Source: Eledone cirrhosa (taxonomy: Eukaryota). Taken from it: 64,000 nucleotides of DNA. Shown here piece after piece: positions 1 to 13,869 of the stretch (position 1 is its first letter; each line of letters opens with the position of its first letter). Under the pieces are notes generated by a model. That model was not told the origin of the DNA and did not search any database. It saw only the letters and a program-made list of their open reading frames with translations. The translations under genes and the position numbers were made by a program. The DNA lies in assembly GCA_964016885.1 (NCBI GenBank), contig OZ024741.1:51150001-51214000 (forward strand), given 5' to 3'.

Positions 1-2191
1 ACGCAAAGCTTATCATGGGTGATGTCTCGGCCGCAGTCAGAGTTGTTGCCTCAGAGGACACTGTCCTCCAACCCACCGAGGAGATCCTGGTTGCTCTGCG
101 GCTAAAACACCCTGAGCCCCCCACTGATCTCAGACCCAATCCCCCACCCGACCCCCACCTGCTCCTTGTGGCTACTAATGCAGTTATCATGTCCGCCATC
201 AGGTCCTTCCCAGCTAGCAGCTGCGGAGGTGTTGATGGTCTCCGACCAGGCCACCTCAAGGAGTTGACATCCCCCCCTCTCCGCTGAGGCCGGGCGCCGC
301 CTTCTGAGAGCAATTGTGGCGCTCACCAATAGGCTCATTCATGGTGCCCTCGACCCTTATGCCCGAGGCCTCTTTCTTTCGGCCAGCCTCACCGCTCTCA
401 CGAAGAAAGAGGGTGGCATACGCCCCATTGCTGTGGGCAATGTCTTCCGGAGGCTGGCTGCCAAGGTGATCTGCAAGTCCGTCACACACGAACTGGGTGA
501 GGAGTTTAGTCCAGTGCAACTGGGTGTCGGCGTGTCCGGTGGCTGTGAGGGAGCCTCTCATGCAATCAGGCAGTTCTTCAGCAGCTGCCCATCGGTACCG
601 GCATCCAGGGACTCCAGGCACCTCATTGTCAAGCTTGACATGAGGAATGCCTTTAAATCTTTACGCCGGGATCATCTGCTTGAGGCCTGCATCAGCCGAG
701 ACCTCTCTGCCTACCCGCTGGCCTACCTGTCATATGGAGCCCCGAGCATGCTCCTAGCTGCGGTCATACCCTCGGCTACTGGGGTCCAACAAGGCGACCC
801 TTTGGGACCCCTCCTGTTCGCCTTTGGTATTGACCACATCGCCCGGAGTATCACGGCCCCTCTCAACGTTTGGTATCTGGATGATGCTACATTGGGCGGG
901 CCGGTACGGACGGTCTGCCAAGACCTTCAATCGGTGATTCCTGCCCTGGCGAGAATCGGCCTCCAGGTCAACTCGGCCAAGTCGGAGGTGGTGAACGTCA
1001 GCCTCGATGCTGCGAGCTTTGCAGCCTCCGTCTTGGACGTGCGGTCCATTCTCCGCCAGGCTCAGGTGACCCCAAAGAGGATGTCCTCATCCTCAGGTCA
1101 CCGATCCATCCGCCGGCCATCCGCTCCACCATCAGGTCCAGGCTTCAACAGCTCCAGACTCTCACGAGCCGACTGGGCTTGATTGACGGCCACCCAGCTC
1201 TCTTTCTGCTGAGGAACTGCTTCGCCATTGCCATGCCGAAGCTCCTCTATACACTCCGCAGCGCTCCATGATACACCCAGATATCTCTCCTCGCTGACCA
1301 CGATATTTGTATCCGAGCAGCAGCCGAGGGAATATGCAACATCAAGTTTGACGACATAGGGTGGCAACAGGCCACTTTACCGGTCAGGTATGGCGGCCTA
1401 GGCCTCCGATCCCCGATCTCACTAGCTTTGCCGGCGTATCTTTCGTCGGTAACCTCGTGCCGCGTCCTCGTCAGCAGGGTTCTTCAAAACTCAACAGAAC
1501 CCTCTGTGTTCAGAGAATATGAGGCTGCCTGTGAGACGTGGGACCGGCTGGGACTTAGCCCAGTAGACGTCCCTCCTCCTTCTTCCCCTGTTGACGTCAA
1601 ATCCCCCCAACGCACTTAGGATGCCATCCAGTGCAGACAGGCTCACGCGCCAGCTCGACCAGCACCGCCTCGCTTGTTTTCATGCGGCCTCCAAACCCCA
1701 CAGTTGTGCCTGGCTCCATGCTCTGCCCTTCTTCTCCATTGGCACGCAGCTAGACAACCATAGCCTGCGAATCGACGTTTCCCTGAGGCTCGGGCTCCGG
1801 ATCTGCCAGCCACACCAATGTCGCTGCGGTTCCACCGTGGACTCTTTCAGTCTCCACCCGCTTTCCTGTCGCCACAGTGCCGGCCGCATTCCACGCCATA
1901 CTGCCCTCAACGAGGTCATTAAGCATGGCTTGGACGCTGCAGGCTTCCCTTCCCAGCTCGAGCCGGTGGGGCTGGATCGAGGGGACGGCAAAAGGCCAGA
2001 TGGCATGACCATCTTCCCCTTCCGCGGTGGCAAACCCCTTGTCTGGGATTCCACTTGCACCAACACTTTCTGCAGCCGCAACCTGGTGCAGTCTGCGACT
2101 GACCCAAGTTCTGCTGCACGTCGGGCTGAGGGGGCCAAACTCCTCAAATACCGGTCACTCTCCGACAGGTTTGCGGTCGTTCTCCTGGCAA
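1..2191 (+). mobile_element. CRE-clade-like non-LTR retrotransposon (RT + restriction-like endonuclease), frameshifted, 3' truncated; runs off the window 5' edge
   Basis: Consecutive frames give KKEGGIRPIAVG, QLGVG..GGCE, KLDMRNAF, GVQQGDPLGPLLF, WYLDD (RT), WQQATLPVRYGGLGLRS, CRCG..HPLSC zinc knuckle, RHTALN, and KRPDGMT..WDSTC (PD-D/E nuclease). GC-rich relative to its surroundings. Confidence 0.9.
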
Positions 2192-2421
2192 TGTATATAT
2201 ACATTACAAAAAGGAAGTAAGGTTCTATACATAACAGTGGATATAGAGAAAAGGTGAAGTTGGAAATAGCACGGAAAATATATTTTAGGGTCTGTTTTTC
2301 TTTTTTTGTCCTTTCTTTGATTCGTCAAAGTGACATTATTGAAAAGATAACATTATTGAAAAAACGAGAGGGACAATTCTTTTAAAAAAGAGTTTTATAA
2401 TGTATATATATATATATATAT

Positions 2422-2499
<78 letters not shown>

Positions 2500-2554
2500 A
2501 AGTCCCAATGGGAATCGGAAAATAACCACATTTAAAAAAGATACTTATACGTAT

Positions 2555-2642
2555 GAGCGCCTGAAGAAATGTCACAAATTTGATGTCTCTTGTAGTTTGG
2601 AGATACGGTCCAATTTGGGCTTTGAAACCTTGGGTAGCTCTT
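2555..2642 (+). ncRNA. type I hammerhead ribozyme with extended stem II (PLE pseudo-LTR)
   Basis: gagcgc-CTGAAGA-aatgtcacaaatt..aatttgggcttt-GAAAC-cttgg-GTA-gctctt; stem I has one mismatch. Confidence 0.6.
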
Positions 2643-2981
2643 TTGTTCCGTGTATAAACAAATATTTGGAAAAGGTTTTAAGAAGGTTGGAGTTAGTAGG
2701 GGAATGGCCCGGCATTCTGGAGTGGGGGCCGGGGTGCTGTGTTGAGATGTGTCATGGGTGTGGTTATGTGTGCGTCTCCTGAGTTGATACAAATAAGACT
2801 TTGTGTTTTTGCATCCCTGTGTTTGTATTGTCTTTCCTTTAACTATTTCCCCCTTCTTATGCGGCCTACATGCCGTTCGAACCTGAATATCTACCCTGAA
2901 ACTTGAAACTTGAAACTCTTCACCCACGGATTACTCACAGATTAACCAGTCTTCGGATTGCTGGACCTTTGAATGCTCGAG

Positions 2982-3287
<306 letters not shown>

Positions 3288-3904
3288 GAGAAAACTCATC
3301 GCTACAACAGCTGTTAAAACAGCTAAATGGTATCAAAGACAGTGACGGGCAAAAGTGCCGCAGAGGACAGACACCAGTGGCCAGTGGTCAAAAGAGAGAC
3401 AATCTACAAGGTGGGTGACAGGCTGATAAACTATAGATTGAAAGAGGAGGAGGACAAAGGTAACTGTGTTGGCGCATAGAAGTGACTGGAAGAAGGAAAT
3501 AAAGAAAGGCGATGTACAAGACAAGTTTACACACACATCTTCACCCTTATCAGCTCTCAAACCAGCAAAAAGGTTTCGCACGATTTAATTGAGGGTATCA
3601 TTTTAACTTTATCATAGCTATGATTAGGTTTCTATTTAGGACAGACACCACAGCTTGAGGTCGACTATCCCATTATTTTATTTTATTTGTTTTCTTTCGT
3701 CGTTCTATCTGTTCTGTTTGTTTTATAACACACACGTCATACCAATAAAAAGATTTATTTTTCTGTTGCACGATCCAGCATTTTAAAATGGTACTTTCAA
3801 TTAAATCATGCGAGACCATATATATCCTATATATGTGTGTGAGAGATGAGAGAGAGAAAAGAGAGCTCTCCTATATAGATAATTCAAATAGTTTTATTGT
3901 CAAC

Positions 3905-3946
<42 letters not shown>

Positions 3947-4317
3947 GTTCGCCATAGAATTGGATTATATCAAGCGTAAAACTAATAGATTTCTTCATTG
4001 TAATGTGTAATGCATTACACACACACGCGCACGCGCGCTCACACACACACACATATATATATATATATAGTAAATGAGTGAAGAATAACATGGATCGGGT
4101 GTACAATCGTGTACAGGGTTTATTCAAAGTATTAACTAAGGAAACTTCTTGTTGAGTCAAACAACGTCGAACGTTAAAACTATCCTCGATTCGGAGTGCT
4201 CATAACCTCTACTTGGATTGCCTTAAACAATATCTCGTTAACTTATACATACATACACATATGTATATATATGTATATTTATATATATATGTACATATAT
4301 ATATATATACATACATA

Positions 4318-4357
<40 letters not shown>

Positions 4358-4470
4358 TAGTTATGTAATAAACAACATAACTAATAAGCTCTGTAGCCTA
4401 TATAGAGCACTCTTTTCTCCTGTACTAGATTGATATAGCAGGAAATGCGTATATATATATGATATATGCA

Positions 4471-4505
<35 letters not shown>

Positions 4506-4507
<2 letters not shown>

Positions 4508-4714
4508 CGGAGGAATTATAACGTCCAGAATTAGCCGTCGAAACGGCTTGAGCTCAGTCGTCGGGGTCCTACTCGTTCCTATTACCCACTCTACTACCCT
4601 AAGTATTGAGTACTTTGGTGCGTTATGGTCCACCTGGTTCCTTACCACATTTCCCGTCCAGAATTAGCCGTCGAAACGGCTTGAGCCCAGCCGTCGGGGT
4701 CCTACTCGTTCCTA
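4506..4714 (+). mobile_element. PLE pseudo-LTR fragments, family 'agccgtcgaaacggct', partial direct tandem
   Basis: Two copies of cgtccagaattagccgtcgaaacggcttgagc..gtcggggtcc. Same family at ~6985, 8378, 35380, 41256 and 52607. Confidence 0.75.
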
Positions 4715-5081
4715 TATATATATTTAGATATATATATATTACTACATAGATACATAGCCAGCTCGATAGATAGATAGACATTATGTAAATTAGAACACTT
4801 TACTTATGATTATAACGACGTATCTATCACCATCTATATATTCTCTTGGTTGGAAAGACACTGTACATGGTTACAAAAGAACGGCCAATTATCTGTGAAA
4901 CGCTTAAAGGTAATTCCTCTACGAGCAATGAGTATAAGAAATTGTACATATATCTAATTTTATTTTATTTTAAATTTTCAAATATAAACTGTGTTGTGCA
5001 TATATATATGAGTGTGTGTAGAGAGAGAGCGGGATATGTATATACAAACAGATAGCTAGTTTAATGCACACACACATATAT

Positions 5082-5185
<104 letters not shown>

Positions 5186-5320
5186 GGTATGTATGAGAAA
5201 TGAAATTTCATTTTTTCCATTTATATATATATATAAATATGAAAAGATTCAGGACCCCGACGGCTGTGTATGTGTGTGTGTGTAAAGAGGAGAGACAGAG
5301 AGATGCACACACATATATGT

Positions 5321-5364
<44 letters not shown>

Positions 5365-5372
5365 TGTATATG

Positions 5373-5517
<145 letters not shown>

Positions 5518-5767
5518 GTGTGTGTTATATGTGTTTTCACAAGGCAAATCAATACTTATACGAAATGAAATATAATTAGAAATATAGTCTGTTAGTGGTA
5601 GTACATTATGAGGCGAAGTTTCTAGTTCAGGAATCTATATCAGAACAGTTGTCAGCCTATCGCTACATACAATCTGTCAAAAACGTTCTAAAATGCTTAG
5701 AAATCAATAACTGTCAACAGTGTTGTCTATCTGTCTGGTTATCTGTCTTTCTTTCTCTTTATATAAA

Positions 5768-5808
<41 letters not shown>

Positions 5809-5809
5809 A

Positions 5810-6279
5810 TATTAATAATAATGATAATAATACTTTCTTTATTAACCACAAGGGTTTACATAAAGTAGACATTAAGGACAGTACAGGACAATACAGGACG
5901 GTACAAATGGGCATTTCTGCGTGTAAAAAACAAAAACAGAGGATGTAACAAAAAAATAACAATGAAAAATTCGCCAATACGGGGGAGACTTCCGAGGGAC
6001 ATTTGTGGAGAAAGCCCATTAAAAGACCAGAGTGGCCCTGACCACTAGGGCAAATGTCCTCTCCCAGTTTTCCACCTTTAATTTACAGACACATACTCAG
6101 AGTAGGTCCATTCACTCGGGCCATACTTGCTTCTCTCACCCATCTTTCAACAAAATGCTGGGAAGAGAGCACTTCCCTCTCTACCCTGATTTTCCTTTTC
6201 AAATGAAATTTGAAAAAGTTAATCAGGGCATCACCGAAGAGGTAAGTGCTCGTCTTCAGCCCTTTCAGACGTGTCCACC

Positions 6280-6345
<66 letters not shown>

Positions 6346-6492
6346 GTGCTTTCTTTATTAACCACAAGGGTTGACACAAAGTAGACATTAAGGACAGTAC
6401 AGGACAATACAGGACGGTACAAATGGGAATACCTGCGTGTAAAAGACAAAAACAGAGTATGTGGCAAAAAAAAAGAAACAATGAAAAATTCG
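5810..6492 (-). mobile_element. two tandem 3' ends of an L1/Tx1-like LINE with (TTA)n tails
   Basis: Minus frame LWWTRLKGLKT..FFKFHLKRKIRVEREVLS..FVERW resembles an L1/Tx1 ORF2 C-terminus. The 3' UTR is duplicated (5832-5975 vs 6347-6492). A related copy lies at 35670-35990. Confidence 0.6.
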
Positions 6493-6616
<124 letters not shown>

Positions 6617-6740
6617 ACAGGGACTTCCAAAATTTCGTTGTAAAAGGACAGTTGGACAAAACATTTTCAGCTATGATGTTTATTTTTTAACCTATGCTCC
6701 ATCTAGGTCAATACATTCTGCAAGCTTTAAAGCTCTTCAG

Positions 6741-6831
6741 ATATCTGAGGAGCTTCCGATTCCAGAGTCAGGTTCGATCATTAATAGATCGTTGTTCCTC
6801 GAGCAGAGCGGCAGTGAAACATATGTAATAT
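6741..6831 (+). ncRNA. type I hammerhead ribozyme with a ~50-nt domain inserted in stem II
   Basis: atat-CTGAGGA-gcttccg..cggcagt-GAAAC-atat-GTA-atat; decayed homologue at 51853-51943. Confidence 0.7.
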
Positions 6832-6984
6832 GTAATTAAATGAGGCAACACTGATTCTTTGTTCCCTTATATATTAATACTAATGATGCTCTGCTCCCCA
6901 AGAGCATCGAGTGCTCATTCGGCAGATCGCCTAAGGACGCAACTGACTTGCGCCTTAATACCTATATATATATATGTATATATA

Positions 6985-7171
6985 TAACGAAGGAATTGTG
7001 GTAAGGAACCAGATGGACCATAACGCACCAGAGTACTCAATACTTAGGGTAGTAGAGTGGGAAATAGGAAAAAGTATGACCCCGACGGCAGAGCTCAAGC
7101 CGTTTCGACGGCTATTTCAGTCTAGAAATAGCCGTCGAAACGGCTTGAGCTCTGCCGTCGGGGTCATACTT

Positions 7172-7176
<5 letters not shown>
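6985..7176. mobile_element. fold-back mini-PLE (inverted pseudo-LTR) in a (TA)n tract
   Basis: gaaaaagtatgaccccgacggcagagctcaagccgtttcgacggctatttc is followed after a short spacer by its reverse complement. Confidence 0.8.
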
Positions 7177-7218
<42 letters not shown>

Positions 7219-7300
7219 TACCTATATATATATAATATGAATATATATATATACTGTATATTCGATATCTTGGTGATGTCGGTCATCAACCTAGATTATG

Positions 7301-7404
<104 letters not shown>

Positions 7405-7949
7405 ACACACACACTGACCCCGTGACGCGCTTTTCCGTTTAGAGCTCTATATTAAGGTACTTATTTAGAGCGTTACCCAATATATTACTATCATCATCAT
7501 CATCATCACCGTTTTATATATATATTTATCTCTGTGTATATGGTGTATGTGTCTGTGTATGAATGTTTGTGAGTGACTATATATATGTATACACATTATT
7601 TATAACATGTATAATAATATGATGTAAGGAGGAATAATCTGGTGGTATTTTTTAGTCCTGTATTATTATGTATCTATTATAATAAACTGTTAACTGACGG
7701 CAGTCGTTGGCCTCGTTACAATGACGCGGTGAATATGAAATTATACAGATTAGATATATATGTGTGTACATGTGAGGGTGTGTCTACGTCTCTGTCTGGG
7801 TGTGTGTGAGAGAGGAGAGTGTGTGTGTGTGTGTGTGTGTGCATATAGGTAAACAGACAAGCATATATGTATATGTATATATATTTATGCACGTGTGTGA
7901 ACGTGTACACACAAAAATATACACACGCATATATACACGCATATATATA

Positions 7950-9630
<1,681 letters not shown>

Positions 9631-9824
9631 TAATTCTTTTTTTTTTAGGTAAGGTTTCTAAGACTTGGATTGAGAAACGCTTTTCTAAGGCGTCATTGTG
9701 GAGCTTTGCATCTGTACTTGATTTCCAATCTGATAGGTCTGCCTTTGACGCGAAACTAGGACATTCTCTCCTTAATCACCCAACACGAATTATTGTGTTC
9801 GAGCTGAAAACACATTTTCACATA

Positions 9825-10054
9825 TATCTCTCTCGCTCGCTTTCTTTCTTGTTCTCTTTCTCTCTCCATCTCTCTTTCTAGCTCTCTCCCTCTCTTTCTT
9901 TCTTGCTCTCTCTCTCTCTCTTTCTAACTCTCTCTCTCTCTTTCTAGCGCTCTCTCTCCCTTTCTTTATCTCTCTCCCTCTCCATCTCTCTTCTTTTCTC
10001 TCTCTTTCCCTATCGCTTTCTCTCTCTCTCTCACTTTCTCTCTCCATCTCTTTT

Positions 10055-10118
<64 letters not shown>

Positions 10119-10231
10119 TTTGTTCTTTTCTCTCTCTCTCCCTCTCTCTCCCTAACTTTTTCCGCCCTCTCTCTCTCCCTATCTCTTTCTCTCTCTCTCT
10201 CTTTCCTTCTTTATCTATCTACTGTTCCTTT

Positions 10232-10268
<37 letters not shown>

Positions 10269-10308
10269 GTATATATCTATCTATCTATCTATTTATCTCC
10301 ATTTATCT

Positions 10309-10342
<34 letters not shown>
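9825..10342. repeat. (CT)n polypyrimidine tract
   Basis: Read directly. Confidence 0.95.
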
Positions 10343-10756
10343 TGCCAGTTATTTACAGCAGTCTTTCCAAAAATATACGTCTTCTTTTGCATCAATTCCT
10401 ACTCTTATATATTTGTTTGTTTTCTTTATTATTATTACCGTTGTTGTTGTTGCTGCTGCTGCTGCTTTTTTTCTTCTTCTTCCATTTTATTCATATTTAT
10501 TTTTTGTTTATTTCAAAACAACATTGCCTCCTCCCCCTTCCTCCGTTTTCTGGAGATCTTGTCGTAGTGTCTTCGTAATACTTTATAAATAACAACGCTG
10601 TTGTCGTCTGTTCGTACTACTTAATATACAACATCTTATATATGTTTGTACTACTTTATATACAATAACGTCTGGCATCGGTTACTACTACTTTCTAAGC
10701 AACATCTGTCGCCTGTTCTTATTAATTTACACACAACTACATTATATATTTACATT

Positions 10757-10873
10757 ATGAGTTCAAATCTCGCCGAGGTTTACTTTGCCTTTCATCCTTA
10801 CGGGGTCGATAAAATAAAGTACCAGTAATGCACTGGTTAATTTGCTGGCCTTGTGTCAAAAGTAGAAACAATT
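10757..10873 (+). mobile_element. 5'-truncated tRNA-derived SINE (family A)
   Basis: B-box gagttcaaatc plus the conserved core tttgcctttcatccttacggggtcgataaaataaagtaccag. Confidence 0.85.
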
Positions 10874-11107
10874 ATATTGTGAACCTAATATAACTTTGTA
10901 AAAATTGCCTCCTGTGCTTTGTTTGTTCATTTATCAAGTATATATATATCAAGTATATATATACACACACACATACACACACAACCAGACACATATACGC
11001 ACATACATACACACACACATACACACACACACATATATATATATGGATATATATACATATATGGATATATAAGGATATATATATATATATGGATATATAT
11101 ATGTATA

Positions 11108-11176
<69 letters not shown>

Positions 11177-11245
11177 ATATATGTATATATATATATGTAT
11201 ATATATATATGTATATATATATATGTGTATATATATATATGAATA

Positions 11246-11279
<34 letters not shown>

Positions 11280-11291
11280 CATATATATACA

Positions 11292-11352
<61 letters not shown>

Positions 11353-11387
11353 AGATATATATATATGGATATATATAAATATATATA

Positions 11388-11428
<41 letters not shown>

Positions 11429-11625
11429 TGGAAAATGTGTAAGATCCTTGGTACAGTTAGGTATATTTGAAAAAAAGGAAAAGAATGACTCCACTTGTAA
11501 GGTTAAAAAATGTTTGATTTAATTTTATAATATTATAATATTATGAGTTGGTAGATCTAGTCTGGATCTGTCCATTTCAGGAAAGTAAATACTTTCAGAC
11601 GTTCAATCATCTGGCAGGAAGGTAT

Positions 11626-11668
11626 ACATTGCTGACGATAGCTAATAAGCTTGAAACTAGTACAGCGT
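11626..11668 (+). ncRNA. minimal type I hammerhead ribozyme
   Basis: acattg-CTGACGA-t-agct-aata-agct-t-GAAAC-ta-GTA-cagcgt; stem I is imperfect. Confidence 0.65.
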
Positions 11669-11889
11669 TTCTTTGTCAGTGTTGAACAAACGAGCAACGA
11701 TGGTTGCTAGACACTACGGCTTAATACGGGAGGTTTGTTTACAAACACACCGATCATTATAATAAATGTTCGGTGAATCCATACGTACATATATATATGT
11801 GTGCATGTATGTATATATATATACATACTACTGTACGTCTGTATACATATATGTATGTACGTATACATACTTATATATATATATATATA

Positions 11890-12063
11890 TGATTGCTGGA
11901 TACTTCATTTAGTTGACCTAAGTTAGAAGGTGTTTCGCTGATTGTGGGTGTGTAGTTAGTATTATCAGATGTGTTGTTTGTTTTTTTTACATTCTGAGTA
12001 ATATTTGGTGTAAGACTAGTTCCGTTTATTTGTTGGGGGTGATTTATGGGTGCATTTTCTACT

Positions 12064-12070
<7 letters not shown>
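11890..12070 (-). mobile_element. internal fragment of the PLE found at 13870-16610
   Basis: Near-identical to 15370-15550 (gattgctggatacttcatttagttgacctaagttagaagg..). Confidence 0.85.
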
Positions 12071-12108
<38 letters not shown>

Positions 12109-12285
12109 GCAAGGCTCCAGTTCGGGAGTTCAGGAGCTGTGGGGGATGTGGAGTTACCCCCTAGTTGTCATAACTCCCAGGTCTGCTCTGGCCCGGAGTA
12201 GTAGTACCTGTTAGGGCCCTATTTATGGGTTAAATAATTACCTTATTCGTGTGGCGCCGGTAAGGTATTGTCAGCCACTGAAAAG

Positions 12286-12342
<57 letters not shown>

Positions 12343-12371
12343 TATATATGTATATATGTATATATATATAT

Positions 12372-13000
12372 AGTTCAAGGAGACAGCAAACAGAAGTACA
12401 AAAAGTCTTTATATGTGAAAAAGGAAAGAAAGTTCGACGTGTCGGGCTTAAGCCCTTCTTCAGGAGTACAAAATAGAGACAGGATCACAAAGGATAGATA
12501 CAGAAAATAAAAGGTAGTCCAAGAAGGGAAGAAAATCGAAAATAAAGTGTAAACAAGATAAACTGTTAGGTAGTCTTGGTAACGAACTGGAACGGTAAGT
12601 GAAGTGTGTGTGTGTTAGTGTCGATATTATGTTTGAGTGTATGTGTATATGTTTTTAAGGTATATTGTGTAAAGTGTCAAAGATAGTGTGTGTTATGCGT
12701 ATATCCATGTGGTAGTGGACACATATGTGTAAGTGAATGTAATTTTGAATATGTACTGTGTATGTGCGTTGAAGTTATTTTGTGTGTGTGTGTAAAGTAT
12801 CTGGCAGTGTTAGCGTATGTCCGTGAGATGTGTGTGTGTGTGAGTGTATGATTAAATTTTAACGTGTGTATGTGTGTTGAAGTTTATATTGTGTACGTGT
12901 AAAGTATCTGTGATTTGTATGTAAGCGTGTAAGTATTAACGAGTTTATGACATAGGATAAAGGAAGTATGTTTAGTGTGTGTTAGAGAATATATGACAGA
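12372..13000 (-). mobile_element. PLE 3' UTR/pseudo-LTR with a variant hammerhead at 12432-12466
   Basis: Minus strand reads CTGAAGA-a-gggc-ttaa-gccc-GACAC-GTC. Related copy at 57780-57890 on the plus strand. Confidence 0.6.
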
Positions 13001-13254
13001 GCAGACATATATACTGATGTATAATGTTTAACAATTAAAGAATAAGACAAAGTCATGTAGTTAACTAATCCATTGTTTTACGATCGTTTCAAAGAGCAAA
13101 ATTATTGATGTGACACCCAATCAATAATAGTTATGCCACTCTATACTATTAGACATCGATTGGTCTATCCATCGATAATTTTGCTCTTTGTAACGATCAT
13201 AAAACAAGAGAGCAAATATCTTCTTCATCTCGTTGAATTTTTTAATTTTCTATC

Positions 13255-13612
13255 ATTGTATATCTGACCCTTGGTGAGGTGATGGCATCCACCTGGTTTA
13301 AATATGCCCTAGAAACGTCATATATCAATATGGCGCCCTAGGACTCCCTAAGGAGTTAGGGGAGCATCATGCATGTATGCCTGACCCTTGGTGAGGTGAT
13401 GGGCTCCACATTATTTGAATATGCCCTAGAAACGTCATATATCAATATGGCGCCCCTAGGACTCCCTAAGATGTTAAGGGAGCAGGCATATATATCTGAC
13501 CCTTGGTGAGGAGATGGGTTCTACCTGGTTTTAATATGCCCTAGAAACGTCATATATCAATACGGCGCCCCCTAGGACTCCCTAAGGAGTTAGGGGAGCA
13601 GGCATGTATATC
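13255..13612 (+). repeat. 3 x ~117-bp tandem repeat ending in a GC hairpin
   Basis: Unit ctgacccttggtgagg..atgccctagaaacgtcatatatcaata..gcccctaggactccctaaggagttagggg starts at ~13263, 13380 and 13496. Confidence 0.9.
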
Positions 13613-13778
13613 TTACTCTGTAGTTTTAAATACTCGATGATATCTGCTAGAATATCATCTTTCAACGTAAGATTGTTTCAATGAAATATTCATATCAACA
13701 CCACATCAAGTTCTAAAATGGTTATAAATCCTACCTTGGTTAGGTCCCTCTCTCTCTCTCAGCCCATCCCTCTCCCTC

Positions 13779-13861
<83 letters not shown>

Positions 13862-13869
13862 CAACTAAC

